From NCBI GenBank assembly GCA_951406725.2, contig OX597815.1:101990001-102054000 (forward strand): a stretch of DNA of 64,000 nt, in the 5' to 3' direction. The position numbers were made by a program, and so were the translations under genes. This DNA is from Octopus vulgaris. Lineage: Eukaryota. Under the pieces are notes generated by a model. That model had not been told where the DNA came from and made no database searches. It saw nothing but the letters and a program-made list of their open reading frames with translations. Below, piece by piece: positions 1 to 12,834 of the stretch (the first letter of the stretch is position 1; every line of letters starts with the position of its first letter).

Positions 1-800
1 AGGACTAAATAATTATTGACACTCTGTAAAGTCCAGGCGATGCCCACAATGAAGCATTGATTCTACACCTACAGCAGTACTGATGCTGCAGACTCAGATA
101 TCCCAGACTGCAGACTCAGATATCCCAGACTGCAGACTCAGATATTCCAGACTGCTGACTCAGATATTCCAGAATGCAGACTCAGATATCCCAGACTGCA
201 GACTCAGATATTCCAGACTGCTGACTCAGATATCCCAGACTGCAGACTCAGATATCCCAGACTGCTGACTCAGATATTCCAGATAGCTGACTCAGATATC
301 CCAGACTGCAGACTCAGATATCCCAGACTGCTGACTCAGATATCCCAGACTGCAGACTCAGATATCCCAGACTGCAGACTCAGATATCCCAGACTGCAGA
401 CTCAGATATCCCAGACTGCAGACTCAGATATCCCAGGCTGCAAACTCAGATATCCCAGGCTACATGCCTGATTCAAAAACAGTTTCTTAATGACATACTC
501 CATCTTCTGGCCCGCAGGCGCACCGTCCTATCGCTTTGCTTGTTCTACCACTACTATAATAGTCAGTCTCTACTCTTAGGAGCTTGAGTTCAAGCCAACT
601 CCTCTCAGCATTTCTGACCTAGTTGTTTCACCTATTCATGTCACCTTTGTTTTGTTAATATCATTTCGCAGAAATCGTACAATCAACCACTCCCAAATCA
701 TCCTTCCGAGAACGCGCTCCTTCTAGAATTCCCTCCCAGCTCATGTGTTTTGCACAGGGCTTGACTTGCTATGGTTCAAGAGGGACGTGAATGCCTTCAT
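1..800 (+). mobile_element. Decayed 3' end of a non-LTR retrotransposon ORF2 (CR1/L2/Jockey-group), interrupted by a minisatellite
   Basis: Manual translation gives LHLLARRRTVLSLCLFYHYYN (~498-560) and RT...LPRTRSF*NSLPAHVF...DLLWFKRDVN (~677-792), resembling the post-RT C-terminus of these LINEs. Confidence 0.65.
86..460 (+). repeat. 22-bp minisatellite, ~17 copies (CTGCAGACTCAGATATCCCAGA)
   Basis: Directly visible head-to-tail repeat with CTGCA/CTGCT and ATCCC/ATTCC variants. Confidence 0.95.
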
Positions 801-930
801 TGTCACATATCTGTGAGGTGGCGATTACTATGGTTACTATCACTTTCTTCAGGTACAGCAATACGCACACTTACACACACACACACATACACGTGAGCGT
901 ATAATATATTGTATATATATATATACATAT

Positions 931-1286
<356 letters not shown>

Positions 1287-1378
1287 AATCATAATTATTA
1301 CGTCTTAGAGGTTTTTATTCCCATGCTGGCCACTTGATGAGTTCGATATATAAATAACGATCCTTATTTATATAAATT

Positions 1379-1411
<33 letters not shown>

Positions 1412-1929
1412 GAATGTTTCTATATTCATATGAATGCGCGCGTATGTTAGTCTATATATAATAAGTGTAGGTGGTATACGCGTGGGTATATATTTACAAA
1501 AAAGAAGTTTGAAAACGCCACTATATAAGATAAATTTTTAATTTCTTAGAAATTTTACGTTTCAGTTCTCTCTCTCTCTCTCTCTCTGTATATATATATA
1601 TATATATATACATAAAAACGCGCGCGCGCATTCATATGAATATAGAAACATTCATGTGTGTCTATACATACACACACATATATAGCATACATACATGTAT
1701 ATCTGCGTGATCATGCATACATGCATACATACATACATACATACATACATACATACATACATACATACATAACTTTCTCGTATTCATACATACCTGCATA
1801 CATTTATAATACACGAAAGCATACGGACTGATATAAATATAAAAAATTATAAATGATACGTAGATGTATGCAAAACAAGCAAACAGATAGACAGACGTGT
1901 GTATATATATATATATATATTAATACTTT

Positions 1930-2375
1930 ATCTAGTTCGGCTTAACAGCCCTTCTTGTCTTGTTATTCTCCTTGTCCTGTCTTTTACTGTTTATATTTTG
2001 TACTGTCGTTACTGTCCTGTTTTTGTTACCATTTTTACCCCTCCGCAAAAAGATCTCAAATTTTATTTAATTTGCTTTTTGCGGGAAGGAAAGTTTCTAT
2101 CGAAGATGCGTATCGCCTTCACTTTCGAAACGCAGAGTTAATGAAGCCATGGCGACTGAAGAAGGGGAATTTTCCTTGTGTTATTTGTCCTGTACTCTAT
2201 TTTTTCGTTGTTTAAGAAAAATGTCCAGTTCCTTGGTTTTGTGTTTATGTTTTAGTTTCTCATTGTGTTCGACGTTTTTTGGTGTCCTGTACCCATATAT
2301 GCGTGTATATATACATGTAGAGGTAGGTACGTACATATATGTATGTATATATGCATATGTTTTATTTATTAATTC

Positions 2376-2380
<5 letters not shown>
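1930..2380 (+). mobile_element. Repeat carrying a rearranged hammerhead (subfamily A); homologous to 52640-53199 and 57900-58375
   Basis: Shares CTGTCCTGTTTTTGTT...CCCTCC, an upstream hairpin and the HHR layout with the 53-kb copies. Confidence 0.6.
2107..2169 (+). ncRNA. Non-circularly permuted hammerhead ribozyme candidate, intact core
   Basis: UGCG-UA^-UCGCC-uucacuuuc-GAAA-CGCA-(16 nt)-GGCGA-CUGAAGA-A-GGGG. Stem III UGCGU/ACGCA and stem I UCGCC/GGCGA are perfect; stem II is weak (one G-C plus G.U). Confidence 0.7.
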
Positions 2381-2406
<26 letters not shown>

Positions 2407-2559
2407 TTTTCTTCAGACAAAATTTATGTATTATCTCAAAAAACTAAAATCACTTAAAAATCTTATAATTTTTAATTTAAAGATATCCATCTTCCTTCAT
2501 GTGTGTGTGTGTGTGTGTGTTTGTGTGTGTGTGCGTGCACGTGTGTGTCTTTTTTTTTC

Positions 2560-2750
2560 TTACTTGTCTCAGTCATTTGACTGGCATGCCGGGGCACCGG
2601 CTTGGAGGATTTTAGTTGAGTACTTATTTTTAAAAAAAACCTGATACTTATTCCATCGGTCTTTTTGCTGAATCGCTAGTTTAACGGGGAGCGTAAACGA
2701 ACCAAAACAGGTTATCAAGCATTATTAACAGGTGGTGGGGACAAGCAAAA
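2560..2750 (-). mobile_element. 3' tail segment of SINE family 2
   Basis: Reverse complement resembles 44406-44590. Confidence 0.6.
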
Positions 2751-2784
2751 GTAAAAGACACCCTACACACACAAATATAAGTAA

Positions 2785-2904
<120 letters not shown>

Positions 2905-2905
2905 G

Positions 2906-2954
<49 letters not shown>

Positions 2955-2984
2955 GAAAATATACGAAATAAAAAAAACGATTAC

Positions 2985-3059
2985 CTATGTACCAATTGGT
3001 TTCACTTGTTAATATTTACGTATATGGACACGCAAACATCTGCAAGATCATCAGCATAG
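2985..3059 (-). ncRNA. Type I hammerhead ribozyme with long stem II
   Basis: Minus: CUAUG-CUGAUGA-U-CUUG...CAAG-U-GAAA-CCAAUUGG-UA^-CAUAG. Stem I is 5 bp perfect, stem III is the palindrome ACCAAUUGGU, stem II has ~17 pairs including G.U. Confidence 0.8.
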
Positions 3060-3138
3060 TCTGTCGTTTATAAAACACAATTTCCATAACTAGATACAGA
3101 ACGCTTAACCGAAATCCAGTATGTATTAAGTTCTACAA

Positions 3139-3215
<77 letters not shown>

Positions 3216-3242
3216 CGCTGGTGATCTTTTCTATAGTTTGAA

Positions 3243-3321
3243 CCTCCGACGAAGCTATGTGGTGATACACATGCACTCATCTATGAGTGTACTGCATTTA
3301 TAACAGAAACATCTGTAAGCT
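3243..3321 (+). ncRNA. Degenerate hammerhead motif
   Basis: CCGACGA-A-GCUAUG...(inner hairpin GCACUCAU/AUGAGUGU)...UAUAAC-A-GAAA-CAucUG-UA; stem I is largely broken. Confidence 0.4.
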
Positions 3322-3394
3322 AATAAGCTTCATTACACCATTTCTTGTTCCTTCTTCTTTTATTTAATTTCTTATATGTATATGCAATATGCGG

Positions 3395-3425
<31 letters not shown>

Positions 3426-4910
3426 TTTAAGCATTTGTACATCTAACTATCTATCTATCTATCTCTCCCCCCTCTCTCTCTATATATAGATATATATGTG
3501 TATATATAAATATACAAACAATGCATGCATATATTCTTACATACATGCATATTAACATACAATATATATGGATGCATGCATACATATATAAAATTGAATT
3601 AATGCTGAAGCAGTATAGAAGTATCCCCACTGATTTGATGAGCTCAATTTTTTACATATCATTAAACAACATTATATTAATGCTTCAATATAATATCTAT
3701 AAATAGAATGGTTTACTATATTTATAAATTGGCTAAAAATGTAAACAGAAAAACTTTCAAATATTTCATAATTACACACCTACGTTTAATACCTTATCAC
3801 CAAATCAGACCCCCCACCACAAAAAAAAAAAACCCAACAACAACGAGTCTTTATTGATATCAAGCGCTTGCAGCAAATAAGAGCACACTTCCATCCTCTC
3901 TATTCAGAACTGTGTGTTACTTGCTGAGCTACCTCCTTTGCACACACACTTTATTTTCCGCTTTTTAAATCAAGATTTTGAGTTAAGATACGAAGATATT
4001 TTCAAAACATTGGTATTTTAATCCACTGTACTAGTGCATGAACATTTCTTTAAAGCAAAGTGCAATGTATGTCCTAATCCATATTTTTATACAATTTTAT
4101 GCTCTTTTTTCTTTATGTTGTAAAATATAATAAAACTTTTAAAACTTTAAAACGCTGATAATGTCCACTAATGTTGAACTTTTTATTAATTGTGACATGG
4201 TTTGAGAAAAGTATGAAATAGCTTATGTAGAATTTAAACGGAATTTAAGTGCTAATTATAGATAATCGTAGCTGTCCCTTCAGATTCATCACCCCTTCAT
4301 CTCTTTTAAGCGCATACTTACATGACCTCACACATACATGCGTAATTATATGCAGATGACATTCTTTACACTTCCTTTCAGATACTTCTAAACGACAATA
4401 GCCTCGAGGAAGCTCTGCTCACTATTTGAGAGAGTTTCCCAAAGTGCTGCACAGTGAGATCGAAACAGTAATCACGAATTTCTTAACTGCATGGTTAAGT
4501 CTGTCTCTAATTCTGTTGTGTTTTTTTTTTGTACTTTTTCACTTATAGTTTTAAACCCTCCCATGATATTTCTGTTAAAGTTCTGTAATCTAATTGGTTA
4601 AGTTTGCGGAGTGCATTTCAGTACTAAAAGATATTGCAATGTTATATATTTCACAAAATTATTATCATTTATATATACCACATACTAGTTTAGATAAATA
4701 CAGTAAATTGCTTACCTTCCAGTGATAAGATGTGAGCATCAACGGATGGGAGAAACAGTCGATTGTATTGTACCTTAAAAGATGAAAAGCAGAGTTGACC
4801 TCGGCAGGATTTCAACTCGGAATATGAATAAAGGCATTTTGGTTGACGCTCTAGCAATTCTAAAAATCAACTGCTCTTTATCACAATACGAAATGGTATA
4901 TAAATATTGA

Positions 4911-5825
4911 GGATCTTTGTGGCTTTCGTAACTGTTTATAATTTTGTTCTAATTGTTTTCAAATTTGGTATATGGATTAAGTTTTGTATACTAATTATGA
5001 AAATGAAATTCATTTTCCCTATAAATCCATAATTAAAAAGTTATTAGCCTTTGAAATTTGCAACATTTGGGTATTGTAGCCAATCAGAAGCGAGTATTTT
5101 ACATCTCACCGTGGCGAAGAACTCTGTTTTCATAGTAACCAAAGATGCTGCGCATGCACACAAGGAGTGTAACCACCAAATTGAGAATACCCATGGAAAC
5201 AAACGCTAATGTGTGACACACTGTTCTATGGTTGACTCTTATCTTTGTGAATTTATATGGAGGAGATATGAGAACGATAATTTATTTTATATAATCCTAG
5301 TGTGTATTGCAAACTTTCGTTCTTGAATTTCATAAATTAATAAAGGTGTTTTAAGCAATGTCTTGGCTGTTATTTCTAGCAACTCCTGTTGGTTTGCTAG
5401 TAGCTTTTAAATATTTAATTTACACGCGAATGTTTTTCAGTTTTCACGGTTTACCTTGCTCGTGTATATTTGAATATTTTGACTGTTTTTTCTAGCAACT
5501 CATGCTGGTTTGTTCGTAGCTTTTTAATATTTAACTTACTCTCGAATGTTTTCATGTTTTCAGTTTACTATAGCTAGTTTAATGTTTTGACATGCCGATG
5601 ACCCCACCCACTAATGATGGAAAAGGCAACAAACGCGCTGTTTTCTGATTGGCTGAAAATTCTGAAAATATCAAACTTTGAACACCTGTAACATTTTTGC
5701 AAAATTTTTCTGGTATAAATAAATAACAAATTCGGATTCAGCGTCAAAAATTACATCTATATGATACATAAAATCTTTTTAAAGATATTTGTAAACTGTG
5801 ACTGTGACGAAAACCACAAAGATCC
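4911..5825. mobile_element. Non-autonomous DNA transposon (MITE-like)
   Basis: Terminal inverted repeats GGATCTTTGTGGCTTTCGT / ACGAAAACCACAAAGATCC; internal ~115-bp diverged direct duplication at ~5360-5570. Confidence 0.65.
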
Positions 5826-5831
5826 AATAAT

Positions 5832-6395
5832 GATTTCAAATTCAGGCACAAAGCCAGTAATTTCGGGGAGAGGGTATAAGACCTCAACACTCAACTGATA
5901 TTTATTTTTATCAACTCCGAAGAGATGAAAGTCAAAGTCGACTTTGGCGAAATTTGAACTCAGATGGGCGAAATACCTATTTCTTTACTACCCACAAGGG
6001 ACTAAACACAGAGAGGACAAACAAGGACAGACAAACGAATTATGTCAATTATATTGACCCCAGTGCGTGTGTAACTGGTACTTATTTAATCGACCCCGAA
6101 AGGATGAAAGGCAAAGTCGACTTCGGCGGAATTTGAACTCAGAACGTAAAGGCAGACGAAATACCTATTTCTTTACTACCCACAAGGGGCTAAACACAGA
6201 GAGGACAAACAAGGACAGACAAACGGATTAAGTCGATTATATTGACCCCAGTGCGTAACTGGTACTTATTTAATCGACCCCGAAAGGATGAAAGGCAAAG
6301 TCGACCTCGGCGGAATTTGAACTCAGAACGTAACGGTAGACGAAATACCGCTAAACATTTCGCCCGGCGTGCTAACATGTCTGCCAGTTCGACGC
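5832..6395 (-). mobile_element. Cluster of three partial tRNA-derived SINEs (family 1)
   Basis: Reverse complements of GAGTTCAAATTCCGCCGAGGTCGACTTTGCCTTTCATCC, the B-box-containing body repeated across the window. Confidence 0.85.
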
Positions 6396-7699
6396 CTAAT
6401 TGGTATATAAATAACAACGTACGTTACTTTATAATGGCTTAAAGAAAGAAATTCAATCTGAAGCTGCCTCTTACTTTGCCTCTACATTTCTTTTTCGTAT
6501 CCATCTGTCATTCACTTCAGTTTCTATGTAATTCGAACGTCTTCTAATAGGATATTGAAAAGACGTTCTTTTAACCTATTTCCTATCGCTCCTTGCATTC
6601 AGTTTTTAATCCTGTCATTTGATAGGGTCTTAAACAATTTACTCCAGTATATAATGCCAATCCTGCGTTACCTTCCTCCAAAAGTCGTTCAGGTGTGAAT
6701 GTACTTTGACGTTTTTTCTGTTTTCAATACATCAAGCTCTTTCCACTCCTCTACTACCATCGTTTCCTCCACTTCCAGTTTTATAATAAGATATTTAAGA
6801 CACAGCACCTGTTACGATTGCCCGTTGTTAGGCTGGTGCATTGTCATCGCTTTCGCTTCCTTTTTACCTTCTTATACTCCTTCTTTCATTATATATTTAA
6901 GAAATATATATATTTATAGCCTTACTATTTTCTTTCTTTTCTTGCCTATCATTCATTCTTTTCTTCATTCATTGTCTTTTTTTCATACTTTTTCATTCTT
7001 GTCTTTTTCAGTCTCACTTTCTTTCTTTCACTTCCTTTATCTATCTTTCAGTCTTTCCTACCAACAATTATTCATTAGTTTGCAAAATTATTCTTTTTAA
7101 AGCTGTTTTCATTTACTTCTACTTTTTTATCGTTTTCTTTTTGCTCTTTTTTTTATATCTTTCTCCTTTTACTTTCATTTACCTTTGTATATTTTTCTTC
7201 TCTTAACAAATTCTAAAAAGAACCCAAGTGACAGTGTTACACCGGATGTCGTCGAGGGAGTTCAACTTGCACGTGCGGAGTTTCAGATTTTTAACTCGTT
7301 GACACCTCTAAATGTCATACTTTCTTCGTTACATACTTTGGAACAATGATTTCAGAAGTTCAATAGATACTAACACAACCAAAGAACGCACTCACACTCG
7401 TTAAGTAAGGCTGACTGGTATTTTGATTCGCTGACCGCAGATGTATGAATAACACTGTCAGCAGGTAACTTTAAAAATTACGATAGAGAAACAGTTAGGT
7501 CTACATAAAAATTCATCGTAAAACGTTGACTGACAAAACGATTGCTCGAAGTGGCAGTTGCTCAAACAAAAGCATACACCTACATGGAGACGGTGAATGC
7601 CAACGCTATTATAAGATGTCAGTGGTAAAAATCGTTATTTAGATGAGCATTTAGATTGTCACACACAAACGAGCCACAAGAGAAAAGACATTAATTAAC

Positions 7700-8600
7700 A
7701 ACAGATATTCCAACAAACTGGTAAACTGAACTGTACATGAATACAGATACAAATACAATACAATAAATTCATCAAAGAGTACATACAATGAAAATACACA
7801 AATTACACATAAAATTTATTATGTGAATGACAACTATCTAACAAATGAATACATAATCAAAAGTCTCAAAAAACGAAATACAAAACATACCTAACTATAG
7901 ACTAAAACTAATAACATACAGCAAAATCATCTAAGCCCTCCCCAAAAAAAAAAATCAATAGCACAATACAAGCTTGTAAACCTGAGGACAAGCCACTAAT
8001 AACAAACGTAAACTACATTGCCCAATGAACAAAATAAAACAATTTTACCTTCAAACTGAAAGTTGTAAATTTCAGGATTTCATCTATTATATTGGTCATT
8101 ATAGTATAACACTCTCTCGTGGGTTCACTATGCATTTACAACAAGGAGTAATCGCAAAACACTAATATTGAGCACAAAACAGAGCTAGAAAAATATTAGT
8201 GAACAGTTCATACTGTATAAAATTCCTCACAAAAAAGAAAAATACGATTAATCATGGAAACAATACCCATATTACAACATGATTCTAAAATAACTCGCAA
8301 ACTACAGATACGTGGAAGAAAAAAAGAACTAACACGTGACTGCTGACATGCAAGCCTAACGGTCAAAATTTTCTGGTGGTAGAGTCTACATAAATTCAAC
8401 CAACATAACTGAAGCAATACAGAAGCGAAATCTACTTCATATTCTGAAGATGAGGTTATGAGAGTCAGGAAGCATAAACTGTAGATCTAGTAACGTCGCT
8501 GACCCAAACAAACTACAAAAAATAAGCAAAAAATAAAAAACAAAAAAGTTTACGAAAATACGATATAATCTGTCGTAAAAAAGAGAGAACTGGAACATAG
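7700..8600 (+). mobile_element. Decayed Penelope-like element: GIY-YIG endonuclease remnant plus terminal region
   Basis: IGHYSITLSRGFTMHLQQGVIAKH at ~8090-8161 resembles the YIGxTxxTLSxRLTMH block of Penelope-like endonucleases. Confidence 0.6.
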
Positions 8601-8625
8601 TGATACTTTTAAGTGAATATATATA

Positions 8626-8712
<87 letters not shown>

Positions 8713-9302
8713 CATATAAGAAATTAAAAAAGGAAAATACGCACACTTAAATGGTTTTAATATACTTTTTTAATATATCGACCGGTTTCGCTATCTCTAT
8801 TCATGATATTATGATTAATTTATTTGAATATATATTTTTTCTTAAGAAGAAATTTGGACCATGTGTGTGATGAAATTCACGAGTGAATTGTCGATTGAAT
8901 TGACCCCAGTACTTATTTTCAAAGCTAAGTAGTTGTTCTCTCGCTTTCTTTTGCCGAGCCGCTAGATTACGAGCATGTAAGGACGAAATACCAATACCGG
9001 TAGTAAACCGGTACTGGAGGACAAACACAAACACACAAAGACACACACACGCAAATACACACATACACACACGTATATACATACACATATATATCATCTT
9101 TTACTTGATTCAGTCATATAAGTGTGTGTGTATGCCTGTGTATGCATGTGTGTATGTATATGTGTATGTGTGTGTGTGTGTGTGGAGACGACAGGCTTCT
9201 TTCAGTTTCCTTCTATCAAACAAACCTTTGCACACAGCCACGCTAGTATGTATGTATGCATGCATGTATGTATGTATGTATGTATGTATGTATGTATGTA
9301 TG

Positions 9303-9333
<31 letters not shown>

Positions 9334-9829
9334 GGAAAGTTGCATATATCAAGAGCGAAGAATGTTCAAACAAATTAAGTATTATCGACAAGAAGATATT
9401 TTTAGGAGCAAAAAATTCCTCGTTTCCAATTGTTACATTCTGGGAAATTCTTTCTCTTCTCATTTTATAAGTCATCATTTATAGTTTAGGGTGGGTAAAT
9501 TGCGAATGAAACAAGGGTATTAAGTCGCTTGATAACGTACCTGTTGGTTTGTAGTAAATTTAAATGAGTTCTGTAAATTTCACATATGGCTTAGTTCGAC
9601 AAGTAAGTTCCAGTTCAATAAAAAAAGAAATGTTAAAAGTTAATTAAGTGAAGAAAGTTAAATAGTAAAATAAAGAGTTGCACTTATTCACAAATTTTGC
9701 ATCCATGAATACTCTTCGCTCTTGATATACATACATTCATACATACATACATACATACATACATACATACATACATACATACATACATACATACATACAT
9801 ACATACATACATACATACATACATACTAA

Positions 9830-9976
9830 CGTGGCCGCGTGATAACAAGTTTGCTTCCTAACCACATGGTTCGAGATTCAGTCCTACTGTGTGACACCTT
9901 GGGCAACTGTCCTCTACTATAGCCTCGAGCCGACCAAAGCTTTGTTTGGTAGACGGAAACAAAAGGAAGCCCGTCG
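9830..9976 (+). mobile_element. tRNA-derived SINE family 2, head
   Basis: Similar to 43783-43943; further copies at ~19715-19850 (-) and ~46258-46410 (+). Confidence 0.75.
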
Positions 9977-10859
9977 TCTCCACATACACGCATACATGTT
10001 TTATTGTACAGTTAAGAATTTATCAGTTTGTTTATATGTATCGAACATTTAAATATATCCATGGCTAGAATAATTTTTTCAGAATCACCCCTTTCTCTGT
10101 TGCTGCGAGGCCACATCTCTTGCTACACGACCTGTAAATGAACCTTCATTTAACATTATAGCTTACAGCCTTTTCTTTTAAAGGCGGATATAAATCGAGA
10201 GCCTTGCTCGTATTAATATGGTTGAAAAATGAAGTATGAATAAATTTTTTTGCGATGCAGCTCTTGTCGTGCCAGTATAGCTCTTCAGATTTTTGCTAAA
10301 TTTCGGTTCTGTTGAATTCGTTTATACCTCGTATATGTTGCTATTTGTATTACAGCGAACACTTACAGCCGTTTCTATGTGAGCTATACCCCTCAGTTGT
10401 CAGTTTATGGGATAAAACTTGCCTCAAATTAATAGTGCGGCTAAAAATTATCTTAAGTTTATGCTTTTTTCATCTGTCACCTTTATCTGTAACTAATTAG
10501 GAAGTCTTATCTACGAAATTTTCAAAGGTTTTAAGTTATATTTGTTTTAATATTTGGAAAGTATAGGATGGAAACCAAATAAAAGTACGAAGACTTTCCG
10601 TTTTTGCGGGGGTGTTGCAATATGTAATATTATTTGCTTTCACACTTACTCTCTAAGTGTTATGTTAAACACAGCTAAACCTCTGCGAAGTCTAACAGAT
10701 AAGCACTTCCCCACTAGCCATAGATATAGAAAACTTCAACAAACGTAACTTTAAAATGAGTTTTATCTCGACTGCAACCTCTAAAAGTGCTTGTCCATGT
10801 AAAAAAAAGTATGTTTACTGAATGAATCGTATAATGCAGAATCATCATAAATCAACTAG

Positions 10860-11078
10860 CAGTCCGTCGGTTACGACGACGAGGAAGATTCAGCTGACAT
10901 ATAGAGTGACAAGGCTGGCCTTTTGAAATACAGGCAGTACTCCGTTTTTGCCATCTGAGTGGACTGGAGCAACGTGAAATAAAATGTCTTGCTCAAGGAC
11001 ACAACACGCCACCGAGTATTGAACTCACGACCTTACGATTGTGAGTCGAATAACGTAACCACTAAGCCATGCGCATTC
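10860..11078 (-). mobile_element. tRNA-derived SINE
   Basis: Minus strand starts GCGCATGGCTTAGTGGTTA (A-box-like) and contains GAGTTCAATACTC (B-box-like). Confidence 0.7.
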
Positions 11079-11259
11079 ACTATGTTAGGCATAGGTTAAA
11101 TCGATAATCCTGCAACTTGGCAATGAATTGATGTGTCACATTGATATGAGAGAAGGGATATTAAAATAAGCAATTATTCCACTTCTTTGTTGATGAAAAA
11201 AGATTTTTTTCTTTTAATCTTACAAATATTTGAAAATTCTACATCTGAGACTTATAAAC

Positions 11260-11329
<70 letters not shown>

Positions 11330-11499
11330 GTCTGTCTGTCTGTCTGTCTGTCTGTCAATCTTTCTATCTAGCGATTGATCGAGCTAGCTTTAAGTGGTCT
11401 GCAAAAACGCAAAAAAATCCATTAAAAATGCAATGAATAATTAAAGGAAGAAAAGAGACAATAGAGAAGGGATAAGATTTAACAAGTACTGTATTTGTT

Positions 11500-12440
11500 T
11501 AACGCTTCATAAAACAGGGTTGCCTGTATTTCGGCATTTCGACTCCACCGACCATTCAAATCGCCACTTTTTCACCCCGGATTTCCTGCCACTCACCTCC
11601 AAGGGTAACTTATACATCCTTCAGTCTGAATTCTCCACCTCAATCCTTATTACTTCTTCCCCCCCCCCCACCTGCTCCATAACTATACATCCCCCTGCAT
11701 TGTTTCTCTCTTCCCTTTTTTCACGCCACTCCCATGCACTCTACTCACGCCCTTTCATACTACCCACATGTCACCCCACACAATCTTCACCTCTACGCAC
11801 ACACCTTTTATACACTTCTCAGCGATTTCACATACACACTCTCTTTCCTTCTATCACTTTCGCTATACCTTCATATCTCTCTCACAAACATACACATCGG
11901 GTCTCTTGCACAATATCCTCCTCTTAATGCACCTACATATGAGAACTCGTTCACACGCACGTACACCTACACACCGTGTTATTGACACACGCTTACCCAC
12001 ACTAATTTACACTTTGCACACACATAGCTCACTTTACACACACATGCACACACGTTATCATTCACCTTGCCTTTTTGACATAGACATACATAGCCTTCAC
12101 ACACACATAAGCCAGAACTCACACTTTTGCCCCATCTTTCTACACTTACGCACGCACACATACGGAAATAAATACACCAACACAAGAATGCACACACATA
12201 CTGGCTTTCACACACACACACACACATGTACTTTCACGCACACATTTTTGCTCCTGCCGCTTCTCCCGCTTTGCTTGACAACTGTTTCGCACTTTCCCTG
12301 TTGCTCGCTTTTTGGCATGCTAACACATGCGCACATATACGTCTGCACTACCTTCTCCTTCTTACCTATTATTACTCTACTTTCTTTTGTCTCTAGAGAT
12401 TTCTTTTTCCTCCTCCCGCTTTTTTCTACAATCTAAGTCA
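11500..12440 (+). mobile_element. Probable Penelope-like remnant (endonuclease C-terminus plus pyrimidine/CA-rich tail)
   Basis: LPVFRHFDSTDHS resembles the PVAxHFNSxxHS block of Penelope-like endonucleases. Confidence 0.45.
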
Positions 12441-12711
12441 CAATTTCATCACCATTTCATGCAATTTCATGCAATTTCATGCAACTGTAGATTCACCATA
12501 ACAATAATTTCTTGATGCTTTAACTCGGGTAACGTCATATATGTTAACTAATATACAAACCCATACACACACACACATACGCACATATTAATGTATGCAA
12601 GTTTGTATGCATGTACTGTGATGCATATATGTGTGCGTATATATACACGTATGCATGTATATATGCATACATATTTTTGTGTGATAGGTAGAGAGAGAGA
12701 GAGAGAGAGAG

Positions 12712-12834
<123 letters not shown>

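Noticed and set aside
86-460. CRISPR-like regular array
   Set aside because: No unique spacers, no cas genes, eukaryotic context.
8775-8810. GAAACCGGTC half-hammerhead; similar at ~31430-31470, ~32590-32630, ~10355-10400 (all minus)
   Set aside because: CUGANGA is lost or mutated; probably Penelope-type relics but not callable as ribozymes.
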